A DNA stretch of 64,000 nt from an uncultured Gemmatimonadales bacterium. GTDB lineage: Bacteria > Gemmatimonadota > Gemmatimonadetes > Gemmatimonadales > GWC2-71-9. The stretch lies in the NCBI GenBank assembly GCA_963844035.1, contig CAWJMT010000014.1, positions 1 to 64,000 of the forward strand, in the 5' to 3' direction. A program made the translations under genes and the position numbers. The notes below the pieces were generated by a model that made no database searches, was not told where the DNA came from, and saw nothing but the letters and a program-made list of their open reading frames with translations. Below are positions 19,687-29,921 of the stretch, piece after piece. Position 1 is the stretch's first letter. Each line of letters starts with the position of its first letter.

Positions 19687-20639
19687 CGCTCGAACCCGTG
19701 CAGCCGTATCAATTCGATGGCCAAAGTGAGGTCGAAGGCAATCAGGTATATGCCGGCGTTCCGCTCCAACGCCTTGGCCGTGCGCGTCGAGGTTTGCAGA
19801 CGGAAGCGAATGAAGGTGCCGAGCGTGACGAGGAAGAGCGCCACCACGGCGGCGTAGAACCAGCCGCTCACGCCAATGAGGTAGCCGACGATCGAGACAA
19901 GCGTCGTGTCGATGAGCCGCAGCCCCAGGACAATCCAGGCGGCGCCGTAGGTGCCGAAGATCTTCGAGTACGAATCAAGTCCTTCGATCTCGTCCTCGGG
20001 CGCGCGAATCTTGCGCGATACCTCCACGTTGAAGGTGACGAAGAAGCCGACCATCGCGTAGAGCGCAAACACCAGCGGCGCCTGCCATGGCATCTGCCGC
20101 GTCGTGAAGCTGAACACCATAAGCGAGAGCAGCGGCATCAACAGCATGTGCGACGTCGCGTAGACCAGGAAATGCCTGCGCAGCCACTCGGCGGCGAAAA
20201 ACTCCTTGAGCATCAGCAGCGAGAACACGAACGCGATCGCCAGCCCCGTGGTCGCCTGCGGTCCGGCGGCGAGCGCGAGCGCGAATTCCGCCGCGATCGC
20301 GACCCCGGCGAGGACCCGCAGGTCGGCCAGCGTGATGACGCCGCGCTGCAGCACGCGGTGGGGATGAAAGCGTGAGTCCTCGGCGAAATCCTTGTGCTCG
20401 TCGAACACGCGCAGGTGGAAGAAAAAGCACAGCAGCGTGAGCGCGCCGAGCAGGGAGCGTGCGGTGTAGCGCATCGGTTCGTCGGGATGCGTGAGCACCT
20501 TGGCGAGAAACTGGTTCGACGAGAAGTAGCTGATGATCAGCAGGACGTGCCCGAACAGTGGAAAGCGCTCGCGCAGGTACGCGCGCAAGCGCGTCAGGTA
20601 CGGATCGGTACGGGCGACGGGTTGCGCCACGGCCGTCAT
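19683..20639 (-). CDS. UbiA-superfamily prenyltransferase-like membrane protein
   Basis: ERFP, LRVFDEHKDFAED..HPHRVLQRG, EVSRKIRAPEDE..DSYS; many TM helices; ATG overlaps the upstream stop. Confidence 0.75.
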   Translation of the reverse strand: MTAVAQPVARTDPYLTRLRAYLRERFPLFGHVLLIISYFSSNQFLAKVLTHPDEPMRYTARSLLGALTLLCFFFHLRVFDEHKDFAEDSRFHPHRVLQRGVITLADLRVLAGVAIAAEFALALAAGPQATTGLAIAFVFSLLMLKEFFAAEWLRRHFLVYATSHMLLMPLLSLMVFSFTTRQMPWQAPLVFALYAMVGFFVTFNVEVSRKIRAPEDEIEGLDSYSKIFGTYGAAWIVLGLRLIDTTLVSIVGYLIGVSGWFYAAVVALFLVTLGTFIRFRLQTSTRTAKALERNAGIYLIAFDLTLAIELIRLHGFER

Positions 20640-22211
20640 CGGAGCGCTCCGTTCTGCAGCATCTGTCGCAGGCGCGGGTAGTCGATCTTGCTGTTGTGGC
20701 GCGGGTCGACGGGCAGCGCGGAGCGCGTCACGATGAGATCGTCCACGCGGAGCGGGCCGTTCGCGGCGAGGCGCGCCTCCACGTCCTTGGGAAGATCCGT
20801 GGCGTGTCGATTCGATCACGACCACGACCCGCTCTCCGAGGTTGGGATCCGGCATTCCCAGCGCCGCGATCCGCCGGATGCGCGCGTCGTCGCCCCGCGC
20901 CGCCTGCTCGATGAGCTGCGCATGCAGGTCCACGCCGGCCCGGCGGATGGTGGAATGCACGCGACCGACCAGCCAGAAGCGTCCGCTGTCGTCGAAGTAT
21001 CCCGTATCACCCATCCGATGCCACACCGTCCCCTCACCGTCCCTGACCTTGTTCTCAGCGAACGCGGTCTCGTCTCCGGCGTAGTCGCGGCATACATGCG
21101 GCCCCGCGACCAGCAGCTCGCCGATCGCGCCGGGCGCCGCGTCCGCCGGACGTTCCAGCGGGCCCCGCGTGATGCGCACGACGCGTGTGCGCACGGCGCG
21201 CACGGGCGTGCCGACGCAGTAGCCCGGTTTGCCTCTACCCGCGCCAAGACGCTCCTCGGCGGTCATGCGCGCCACCGGTTCTGCTTCGCTCGACCCATAG
21301 GCGACAACGATCTCCGTCCGCGGGAACGCCTCCCGCCACTGGCGCAACTGTTCATCGCGCACGGGAGCGCCTCCCGTGACGAGGCGACGAAGCGGGGGAG
21401 GCGGTTCACCGGTGGCGCGCAGGTGAGCCGCGACGAGGTCGAACAGAGGCGGCGACGCCGCCGCGGTCGTCACCCCGAACCGGCGAACGTGCGCGAGCAC
21501 CAGGCGAGGGTCGGCGTGCGCCACGCGACGCAGGTTGACCGGCGGAATCACCGTCGTGATGCCGCTCGCGAGGTTGCTCAGCGCGAAGATGGGGAACGTG
21601 GTGAGGTCCACGTCGCCGGGCTGAGCCGGGAACTCCTCGCGAATCACGTGGTGTTGGGCGGCGAGAATCGCGTGCGTCCGATTCACCCCCTTCGGCGTGC
21701 CGCTCGAACCCGTCGTGTAGGTGATGAGCGCGGGGGCGTCGGGCAGGACATCCGCTGCCGTGCCACGTCCCCGAAGATCCCGAAAACGAAGCCGGCCCGC
21801 CAACCCCGCGCCGAAACCATCGGTCGTCACCGCCAGACGTACGCGGCGGAGCTCGGGCGCAAACAACCGCAACAAATGGGCTCGCGGCGTCCCGACGAAC
21901 AGCGCCGGCGCCGCGGCGCCGGCCTGTCGGGCGATCTGACGCAATGAGACCCACGGATCCACGAAGACGGCGACGCCGCCCGCCGCGAGCGTGCCAAGCA
22001 CCGCGACGTAGAGCTGCGGCGACATCGGGAGCATGAACACCGCGCGCTCTCCGGCCTGCAATCCATGCGCGACGAGCCCGCCGGCGAACGACTCGACCGC
22101 CCGCCGGAGATCGCCGAAGCAAACGTCATCTCCTTTCGCCGACACGAAGGCGAGCGCCGTCTCGTGCCGCTCCGCGGCCTCGAAGAAGAGTTGCACTACG
22201 TTCGCCGTCAC
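20636..22211 (-). CDS. AMP-dependent adenylating enzyme, OleC-like (frameshift near ~20810)
   Basis: YTTGSSGTPKG, YGSSEAEP, WHRMGDTG; shifted frame gives LPVDPRHNSKIDY..GALR*, matching the OleC-type PVDxRHNxKI C-terminal motif. Confidence 0.85.
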
Positions 22212-23242
22212 GCTTCACTCCACTCATACAGCACGTAGCGCCGGAAGACGGTTCCGTGTCCACCGTCCAACGCCTGCGAGCGATTGTCGTCCCGCATCAG
22301 CGCGTGGTTCCCCGCACGCAGGCCTTTCCCTATGGCATTGGAGTACACGCGGTGTGAGAGCGCGGCGACGACGCCCGCCCGGCGCCATGCGGCGCGGACG
22401 CCGATCGTCTTGTAGTGCACCGCCGGCAGGTGGGGATCGGCGTAGGCGAACACAAAGCCGACCTCGCTGCCGTCCGGCGCCGTCGCGAACACGACGAGCT
22501 CCGGGTCGAGCAACCGCTCTAGCCCCGAGTACAACGCGAGAAACTCCTCGCGCGGAATCGGTGAGTACAGAACGGCCTCGCGAAAGATCTCGGAAGAAAT
22601 GTCGTGCACCACTTCGAGCTCGTGACGAAGCCGACTCCGGTCCAACCCGCGAACCCGCACGCCTCGCGAGGCGCTGCGCTGGACGCCCGATGCCAGATTC
22701 GGCAGCAGCACCGCCACATCGTCGATCCACTTCGAGCTGTACGACTCGAGACGTCGAAAGCCGGATCGCTCCCACAGCTCCTGGTAGTACGGCGGATTCC
22801 AGGGCTCCAACGGAAATGGCGGACGCACGAATGGCCCCGCGTTCACGCGGTACCGATGCCAGGTGTCTCCATCCATGGGTCCCACGATTCGCTCGGCGCC
22901 CTGCTCGTGTAGCCACGCGATGGCCTGGCGGAAGAGCGCTGCGGCAGCATCCTGGTGCTGGATTGCTTCGAAGAATCCGAGAATGCCGTACGGCGTGCCG
23001 TTGTCGGCGCGTAGCTGCGGTGAGAGACGGGCCACCACGCGCCCGATTGGCTCGCCGCGCTCGAGCGCGACAAAGAGGCGCTGACCCGGCTGGTACGCGG
23101 CGCGGCTCAGGTTCCGCTCGACCGACGCGCGCACCGGAGCGGTCCCCACCATCTGATCGGCATAGATTCCGTCGGCCACGGCGTGAAAGGCCTCGCGGCC
23201 CGCCGGGTCGGCGGTAACGTCAGCGACGCTGACTGCTGCCAT
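22208..23242 (-). CDS. GNAT-family (YghO-like) acyltransferase
   Basis: GRVVA, GFFEAI, GPMDGDTWHRYR, EPWNPPYY, KTIGV..WRRAG, HALM; GAGG RBS before ATG 23242. Confidence 0.7.
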   Translation of the reverse strand: MAAVSVADVTADPAGREAFHAVADGIYADQMVGTAPVRASVERNLSRAAYQPGQRLFVALERGEPIGRVVARLSPQLRADNGTPYGILGFFEAIQHQDAAAALFRQAIAWLHEQGAERIVGPMDGDTWHRYRVNAGPFVRPPFPLEPWNPPYYQELWERSGFRRLESYSSKWIDDVAVLLPNLASGVQRSASRGVRVRGLDRSRLRHELEVVHDISSEIFREAVLYSPIPREEFLALYSGLERLLDPELVVFATAPDGSEVGFVFAYADPHLPAVHYKTIGVRAAWRRAGVVAALSHRVYSNAIGKGLRAGNHALMRDDNRSQALDGGHGTVFRRYVLYEWSEA

Positions 23243-23293
23243 GCAACCTCTGCTTCGTCCCGTTCCCTGCGGTGAGGAGGGCACACGCCCGAG

Positions 23294-24466
23294 TCAGGAC
23301 AACTCGTCTTCGATCGCGCGCAGATCCCGCACCACGCGTTCCCAGTTGTAGTACGTCTCGACCGCGCGCCGTCCCGCAGCCCCGACTCGGGCCGCGAGCG
23401 CCGCATCCGAAAGCAGCCGGCCGACCACCTCGGCGATGGCCGCGGGATCCTCAGGTGGAATGAGAAACCCGGTCTCGCCATCTCGCACCGCATCTGGAAT
23501 CCCGCCCGATCTCCCCGCCACCACCGGCAGCCCGCACGCTGAGGCCTCGACCAGGGAAATCCCGAACCCCTCGACGCCCAGACGCTCGGCACGGCGTGAG
23601 GCACCGACATAGACCGACGCGAGATTATAGAGGGCAGGCAGGTCGCGTTCGCTTACCTCGCCCAGAAAGCGCACGCGGTCCGCCACGCCGAGCTTGTGGG
23701 CCAGCTTCTTGAGCTTGTCGCGTTCGGGTCCCTTCCCCGCCACCGCGTAGTGCACGTCGGGAGCAAGAGCCACAATCGCCGGCAGCGCGCGCAGCACCAT
23801 GTCCACGCCCTTGTGCGGCTCGAGCCGCGCCACCGTCAGCAGCCAGCGCACGCCGCCGTCCTCGAGCTCGAACCGATTGCGCAGCTCCGTCGGGTCCAGA
23901 CCGGGGCGGAACCGCTCGGGGTCGGTGCCAAGGTGGACCACACGCAGCCGCCCGCTGTGGGCGTCGAGACCGAGCTCCCCCAGCACTGCGAGCGCGAGCT
24001 CACGCGTCCACTCGCTGATCGCGATCAACACAGCGGCGCCGCCGAAGATCGCCCGCGCCGTCCGCCGTTTGAATGCGGAACGGATTTTGTGCTGCTCGCT
24101 GAGCAGGTCGGCGCCGTACAGGAAGAGGCTGTAGGGGACGCGGAGGCGTTCGTAGGTCCAGCGGGCCGCGTATCCGGCCGGTTTGACATTGGCGCAGTGC
24201 ACGAAGCGGACGTTGTGTTGCCGGGCGAGGCTCGTCGCGCGGCGCGACCAGAGCAACAGTCCCGGGACCGTCTTGGCCGTGCGGCGGCCGATCGCCAGAC
24301 GATCGACCACGGCGTTGAACGTACCGTCCACTTCCTGGGCATCGGAATCCGCCGGCGTGGAAACGATCAACTCACCGCGGGGATAGCGGCGGGCCAGCTC
24401 ACCGTGCAGGCGGGCAATGCCCCCGCCCATGGGCGGAAAGTCCTGCGCGAGAAGCAGCGTCGTCAT
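23294..24466 (-). CDS. Glycosyltransferase family 4 (PimB-like)
   Basis: DFPPMGGGIAR, VARLEPHKG, EGFGISLVEASACG, GGIPDAV. Confidence 0.92.
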   Translation of the reverse strand: MTTLLLAQDFPPMGGGIARLHGELARRYPRGELIVSTPADSDAQEVDGTFNAVVDRLAIGRRTAKTVPGLLLWSRRATSLARQHNVRFVHCANVKPAGYAARWTYERLRVPYSLFLYGADLLSEQHKIRSAFKRRTARAIFGGAAVLIAISEWTRELALAVLGELGLDAHSGRLRVVHLGTDPERFRPGLDPTELRNRFELEDGGVRWLLTVARLEPHKGVDMVLRALPAIVALAPDVHYAVAGKGPERDKLKKLAHKLGVADRVRFLGEVSERDLPALYNLASVYVGASRRAERLGVEGFGISLVEASACGLPVVAGRSGGIPDAVRDGETGFLIPPEDPAAIAEVVGRLLSDAALAARVGAAGRRAVETYYNWERVVRDLRAIEDELS

Positions 24467-24525
24467 TGTGCCGAATCCTACCGGCACGGTTGCCGCGGAG
24501 CAACGCTTGCAGTTCCTTTGATCCG

Positions 24526-25359
24526 GTGAAGGCCAAAGAATTCATTTACCTGCTCGGCCTCAAACCCAAACCGAAGACGTATGGGTTCGTGATCGAGGCG
24601 CACGACCTTCCCCGCGAAGGCCGGCTCGACGTCGCCCGGTGGGCTCACCCGGGAGCCTATCGGGTGGCGCCCGCTCAGCTGCAGGCGGTCGTCGATCAAT
24701 TGCGCCGCTTTCTGCGCCCCGGCGACGTCGCGATCGACATCGGGGCCCACGCCGGCGACACCTCGATTCCCATCGCGCTCGCGGTCGGACCGGCGGGAGT
24801 CGTGTTGGCCCTCGAGCCCAACCCGTACGTGTTTCCCGTACTGGAGCAGAACGCCGGTCTCAACCCGGCCAAGACCACCATCATCCCCCTGATGTTCGCC
24901 GCCATGCGCGCCGACGGGCGGTACGAGTTCCAGTATGGGGAAGAAGGCTATTGCAACGGCGGGTTCCACGAAGGCATGAGCAAGTGGCTGCACGGCAGCG
25001 CGTTCAAGGTGCAGGTCGAAGGCCGCAACGTGCAGGAGTTCCTCGCCCGCCATCATCCCGACCTCATTCCGCGGCTGCGCTTCATCAAGATCGACACGGA
25101 AGGGTTCGACCTGGCGGTGCTCGAAACCCTCGAGCCCTTGGTCCGAGCGCAGCGACCCTTTCTCCAGGTAGAAATGTTCAGTCTCCGGAAGTCCGACCCG
25201 GCGTATCGGCGCAAGCTGTTCGAATTTCTCACCCGCCTCGAGTACGACGTGCACCGCATGGAGAGCAACGAGAACTACATGGGTGAGCGGATCACCGCGG
25301 AGAATTTGATGCGGTGGAACGTGTTCGACGTGTTCTGTCTCCCGCGCGCCGCCGCCTGA
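24526..25359 (+). CDS. FkbM family methyltransferase
   Basis: IDIGAHAGD, LEPNP, IKIDTEGFD. Confidence 0.9.
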   Translation: MKAKEFIYLLGLKPKPKTYGFVIEAHDLPREGRLDVARWAHPGAYRVAPAQLQAVVDQLRRFLRPGDVAIDIGAHAGDTSIPIALAVGPAGVVLALEPNPYVFPVLEQNAGLNPAKTTIIPLMFAAMRADGRYEFQYGEEGYCNGGFHEGMSKWLHGSAFKVQVEGRNVQEFLARHHPDLIPRLRFIKIDTEGFDLAVLETLEPLVRAQRPFLQVEMFSLRKSDPAYRRKLFEFLTRLEYDVHRMESNENYMGERITAENLMRWNVFDVFCLPRAAA

Positions 25360-25362
25360 CCG

Positions 25363-26316
25363 ATGCACATCGCCGTGTTTTCACACTACCGCCTCCCCGT
25401 CAAAGGCTATGGCGGCACCGAACGCGTCGTGGTGGCGATGGTGCGCGCGCTCGCCGCACTGGGCCATCGCGTGACGCTCGTCGCGGCTCCGGGGACGCGG
25501 GTCCGCGAGGCCAAGGTCGTGGAGGTACCGATCCCGACCCTCACCGGCTCGGAGATCGATCTCGCGACCCTCCTGCCGCCGGGCGTGGACATGCTGCACG
25601 CCTTCTATCCATTGAAGCGCTCGCCCTCGCATCCGTTCGTGCAGACCCTGGAGGGGAATCTGCGCGCCGGCGCTCCGGTCCCGCCCAACAACATCTTTGT
25701 GTCGCGGGACCACGCGCGCCGCTCGGGGCGCGAGGTCTTCGTCTACAACGGCCTCGATCCGGCCGACTTTGTGTTCCAGTCCAAGAAACTGGACTACGAC
25801 CTGTTCCTGGGACGGTTGCACCGCGCCAAGGGATACGGCTGGGCGATCGAAGCGGCGAAACGCACGGGACGGCGCTTGTTACTGGCCGGCGGCTGGCGTC
25901 CGAGTCTGCGGCGAAACATCCGATTCGTGGGCGAGGTGGACGGACGCCGTAAGGCGGAGCTGCTGGCGGGGGCGCGCTGCCTGTGGATGCCGGCGCTCTG
26001 GCCGGAGCCGTTCGGGCTCACCACGATCGAGGCGCTGTTCTCGGGGACTCCGGTGCTCGGCACCCATTGGGGAGCGCTGCCCGAAGTCGTGAGCCCGTCG
26101 GTGGGCGCGCTGTGTGATACGGTGGACGAGCTGATTGCCGCGGTGCACACGATTCACACGCGCGATCCCGCCGCCTGTCGCGCGTACGCGGAGCAATACT
26201 TCAGTCACCTGGTGATGGCGGAGGAATACCTGCGGATGTATCGCAGCCTGCTCGACACCGGGTCGCTCCCACCGGGGCGGGTCACGCCCCACGCGCCTAC
26301 CGCAACGTCACCGTGA
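25363..26316 (+). CDS. Glycosyltransferase family 4
   Basis: GYGGTERVV, FLGRLHRAKG, EPFGLTTIEALFSGTPV. Confidence 0.9.
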   Translation: MHIAVFSHYRLPVKGYGGTERVVVAMVRALAALGHRVTLVAAPGTRVREAKVVEVPIPTLTGSEIDLATLLPPGVDMLHAFYPLKRSPSHPFVQTLEGNLRAGAPVPPNNIFVSRDHARRSGREVFVYNGLDPADFVFQSKKLDYDLFLGRLHRAKGYGWAIEAAKRTGRRLLLAGGWRPSLRRNIRFVGEVDGRRKAELLAGARCLWMPALWPEPFGLTTIEALFSGTPVLGTHWGALPEVVSPSVGALCDTVDELIAAVHTIHTRDPAACRAYAEQYFSHLVMAEEYLRMYRSLLDTGSLPPGRVTPHAPTATSP

Positions 26317-27256
26317 GCAGCTCCGCCAAGCGGTGCGCCCAGGTGTGCTCCCGCAGCGCGCGCTCGCGCGCGGCGGCGGCGAGCGAGCGCCGCAGCGAGG
26401 CGTCGGCGAGCAGGGCGCGCGCCTGGTCCCGCAGCTCCGCCGGGCTCGTGTAGAGCGCGATCTCACGTCCCGGCGCAAAGTGACGCGCGATGTCCGATTT
26501 GGCGTCCGAGAGCTGGGGGGTACCGACGGCCGCAAGCTCGAACACCCGCATGTTCGCGCCCGTGCCGTAGCGCGCGGGGTCGGCTCCGTCGCCGAACTGC
26601 TGATGAACATTGATGCCCACCGTCGCGCCCGCGAGCGCGTACACCAGGTCGTCACCGTACACCGGCCCGTTCGGCCACCCCGGGCCCCACAGCGCCAGGC
26701 CCTGATCGGCGACCGCGTGGAGCACGCGCTCGCGCTGCGGGTCCCGGGTGCCCACGAACGCCAGCGCGGCGCGCCAGCGCGCGCCCGGGTTCACGGGTCG
26801 CAGGAACTCCGGGTCGCAGCCAAACGCGAGATAGTGGGCGCGCACCCCCACTCGGGCGTAGCGGTCGAGGCTCGCGGAGTCATGGGTGAAGAAGCAGTCG
26901 TACGCCGGCGCGAGCTTGGTCGAGAGGACCAGCGCGTGGGGATCATCGGGAAACCAGTTGACCCAGCGCGCCCGGGTGTCGCGCCGCAACGTCGCAATGT
27001 CCGCGGGATCGAGCCCGGCGCCCTTGAAGACCAGCACGACGTCTACCGGGCCCCGCGCCAACAGGGCCGCCAGACGCGCCCGCAGCGGCCGGCGCACGAT
27101 CGCGTTCCACCCGGTGAGGCGCTCTTCGCAGCGTTGCACTTCACATCCGAGCGCGCCAAGGGCGGCGGCGAGGGCGAGGCCGCTGCGGTGATAGCGGCGG
27201 TTGAACGCCGCCACCAGAACCACCCGCAGCCCGGCGAACGGGCGGGGGGGGGTCAT
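26297..27256 (-). CDS. CgeB/YkvP-like glycosyltransferase
   Basis: WFPDDP, NMRVFE, EHTWAHR. Confidence 0.8.
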   Translation of the reverse strand: MTPPRPFAGLRVVLVAAFNRRYHRSGLALAAALGALGCEVQRCEERLTGWNAIVRRPLRARLAALLARGPVDVVLVFKGAGLDPADIATLRRDTRARWVNWFPDDPHALVLSTKLAPAYDCFFTHDSASLDRYARVGVRAHYLAFGCDPEFLRPVNPGARWRAALAFVGTRDPQRERVLHAVADQGLALWGPGWPNGPVYGDDLVYALAGATVGINVHQQFGDGADPARYGTGANMRVFELAAVGTPQLSDAKSDIARHFAPGREIALYTSPAELRDQARALLADASLRRSLAAAARERALREHTWAHRLAELLTVTLR

Positions 27257-28116
27257 ATCTCGACGTAGTTGCGGTATTCGAACAGGCGGGCGCCGGTCAG
27301 TCGCTCGATCCAATCGGAGAGGTAGAGGCGCACGTGGTTGAGCCGGAAGCGGCGCGGCCCGACAGAGGTCCCGGATGTCCCGGCTTGGCGCGCCGCGATC
27401 CACTCTTCCGCAGCGCGCGGGTGGGCCCCGGTGAAGCGGCGCAGCAACGGCCCCCACTCGAGCGCCGGCTGGGCGGCGCGCGCTTCCAGCCGGTCAGCGG
27501 CCTCCGTGAAAATCTCCTGCGCCGCCACGAGCTTCTCGATCCTCGAACGGGGTGGCCGCGCCCAGCCATAGTGGAACATGCGGGCGCCGGTGACCCGCGC
27601 CCTCGGACGGCGGTCGCCGCCGGCCCGGAACCCCTGCGCGTCCCAATACGACCGGATGTCCCGGCCCAGCGGGACGACGCGGACCTCGCGGCGGTACCAG
27701 TGCCGGTCGGTGGCGACGGTGTCGAAGTCGCCGTAGAAGTGGACATAGTCCACGAGCAACCCCTCCACTCGCGGATCGCCATCCGCCGCGCGCACGGCGT
27801 CTCGCAGGACGGGCACACCAGTCTCGTGCAGCACCTCGTCCGCCTGGATGTACACGCCCCAATCCCCACGACATGCCGCCATCGCGCGATTGGTCTCGAC
27901 CGAGAGGGCTTCGCTGCCGCGGGAAAAATCCCACACCGTGTCGAGGATGCGCACCCGCGGGTCGCCGATCCCGGTGATCAGGTCGCGGGTGCCGTCGTCC
28001 GATTTCCCGACGTTGACCACCACCTCGTCGCACAGCTCGAGAATCGAGCGCACGGCGGGCACGATCGGGTACTCGAGACGGACGGCGTTCCGGACGATCG
28101 TGAAGCCCGACAACAT
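27253..28116 (-). CDS. Glycosyltransferase family 2
   Basis: SGFTIVRN, SDDGT, YIQADE, FHYGWAR. Confidence 0.85.
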   Translation of the reverse strand: MLSGFTIVRNAVRLEYPIVPAVRSILELCDEVVVNVGKSDDGTRDLITGIGDPRVRILDTVWDFSRGSEALSVETNRAMAACRGDWGVYIQADEVLHETGVPVLRDAVRAADGDPRVEGLLVDYVHFYGDFDTVATDRHWYRREVRVVPLGRDIRSYWDAQGFRAGGDRRPRARVTGARMFHYGWARPPRSRIEKLVAAQEIFTEAADRLEARAAQPALEWGPLLRRFTGAHPRAAEEWIAARQAGTSGTSVGPRRFRLNHVRLYLSDWIERLTGARLFEYRNYVEI

Positions 28117-28118
28117 GG

Positions 28119-29921
28119 TCAGACCTGGAACTGCATGTCGTAGAACCGGCGGTAGAGACCCCCCGCCGCGAACAGGGCCTCGTGGTTGCCGCGCTCGACG
28201 ATCCGGCCGTCGGCCAGCACGACGATCAAATCGGCATGGCGCACGGTCGCCAGGCGGTGGGCGATCACCAGCACCGTGCGGTGCGCCATCAGTCGGTCGA
28301 TCGCCTCCTGCACCAGACGTTCCGACTCCGTGTCGAGCGCGCTCGTGGCCTCGTCGAGAATAAGGATCGGGGGGTCGCGCAGCAGCGCCCGCGCAATCGC
28401 GATGCGCTGCCGCTCGCCACCCGAAAGCCGCGTGCCACGCTCGCCCAGGATCGTCTCGTAACCGTTGGGGAGCTGCCGGATGAAGTCGTGCGCGTTCGCC
28501 GCCTGGGCGGCGGCTTCGACCTGCGCCGGCGTGAAGTCGCTCCGGCCGTACGCGATGTTGGCGAACACCGACGCGTTGAGGAGGATCGTCTCCTGCGAGA
28601 CGATGCCCATGAGGCCGCGCAGGCTCTTCCGGGTGAACTGGGTGATGGGGACGCCGTCCACCAGAATGGCGCCACCTCCAGGCTCGTAGAAGCGGGGCAG
28701 CAGATCCACCAGCGTGGTCTTGCCGGCCCCGGATGGCCCGACGACGGCCACCACTTGCCCACGGCGCATGTCCAGGTCGATGTCCTGGAGCGCCGGGGCA
28801 TCGCCGTTGTAGGAGAACGACACCCCCCGGTACTCGATCCGGTGCTCGAAGCGCGCCGGCCCTTCACCCGGACGGTCGCGCTCGTCATCCGCCAGCTCGA
28901 GGACCTCGAACACGCGGTCCGCCGCCGCCAGCGCTCCCGCCATGACGGTGGGATAGTTGGCGGCCGATTTCACCGGTGACATGAGCCGCAGCGCCACCGC
29001 CACGAACGCGATCAGCACCTCGGGCCGGAGCACCGCGGCAGGGCCGAGCGCGAGCTTCGTCCCGATCGAGAACACCACCACGACGACGAGGCCGGCGAAT
29101 ATCTCGCTCACCGGGCTCGTGAGCTGCGCGTAACGCTGTGCGCGCATCACGCCCCTGCGATAGCGGTTGGCGAGCCGCCGGAAGCGGTCCGCCTCGAAGG
29201 CTTCGGCGACGTAGGCGCGCACCAGCTTGATCGACCCCACCAGCTCGCTGACCATGCTCGTCAGCTCGCCACGGTCATCCGCCTGCTCGCGTGAGCGCCG
29301 GCGGACCTTCCCAACGATCGGCCGGATGATGAGCGCCAGGAGGGGCGCGCACACCAGCGCGACCAGCGTGAGGCGCCACGACAGGCTCACGAGAATCGTC
29401 ACGTACACGATGATCAGGCTCAGGTTCTGCAGCAGCGAGGCGAGGGCGGCGGTCACCGCGCCCTTGACCTGGTCGGTGTCGTTGATGAGCCGTGCGAGCA
29501 GCTGCCCGCCCCGCGTGCGCTGGAAGAAGCTCAGGGGCAGCGTCTCGAGGTGCTCGAACAACGCGACCCGCAGATCGCGCACCACGCCCTCCTGGATCGC
29601 GACGCTGAACAGCGCCGCGGTATAGGCGAATACGTTCTTGAGTACCAGCGCGGCCACGAGGATGAACACAACGTTGCGGAGGGCGACGCCGGGCGCCGCG
29701 CCCGAGATCCACGGACCTGCCACGGAGGCGAGCATCCGCTCGGCGAACGACGCGCCATCGACGGGCAACGCTTCTCTGCCGAACAGCGTGCGCAGGAAGG
29801 GGATCACGAGCACGAACGTCACGCCGTCCAGCAGCGCGGCTGCGAGCGTGGCCCCGATGTTGGCAGCGAACAGGAGAGAATAGGGACGGAGCTGCCGGAG
29901 GAGACGGGCGCCGCGGCCCAT
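28119..29921 (-). CDS. msbA: ABC exporter, MsbA-like (TMD+NBD)
   Basis: TM domain, GPSGAGKTT, LSGGERQR, ILDEATSALD; located in the LPS gene block. Confidence 0.8.
   Translation of the reverse strand: MGRGARLLRQLRPYSLLFAANIGATLAAALLDGVTFVLVIPFLRTLFGREALPVDGASFAERMLASVAGPWISGAAPGVALRNVVFILVAALVLKNVFAYTAALFSVAIQEGVVRDLRVALFEHLETLPLSFFQRTRGGQLLARLINDTDQVKGAVTAALASLLQNLSLIIVYVTILVSLSWRLTLVALVCAPLLALIIRPIVGKVRRRSREQADDRGELTSMVSELVGSIKLVRAYVAEAFEADRFRRLANRYRRGVMRAQRYAQLTSPVSEIFAGLVVVVVFSIGTKLALGPAAVLRPEVLIAFVAVALRLMSPVKSAANYPTVMAGALAAADRVFEVLELADDERDRPGEGPARFEHRIEYRGVSFSYNGDAPALQDIDLDMRRGQVVAVVGPSGAGKTTLVDLLPRFYEPGGGAILVDGVPITQFTRKSLRGLMGIVSQETILLNASVFANIAYGRSDFTPAQVEAAAQAANAHDFIRQLPNGYETILGERGTRLSGGERQRIAIARALLRDPPILILDEATSALDTESERLVQEAIDRLMAHRTVLVIAHRLATVRHADLIVVLADGRIVERGNHEALFAAGGLYRRFYDMQFQV

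Noticed and set aside
19683..22211. 842-aa AMP-ligase/UbiA fusion in the ORF track
   Set aside because: The ligase's conserved C-terminus (PVDPRHNSKI) and stop lie in another frame and overlap the UbiA ATG; the linker is nonsense sequence, so these are two genes
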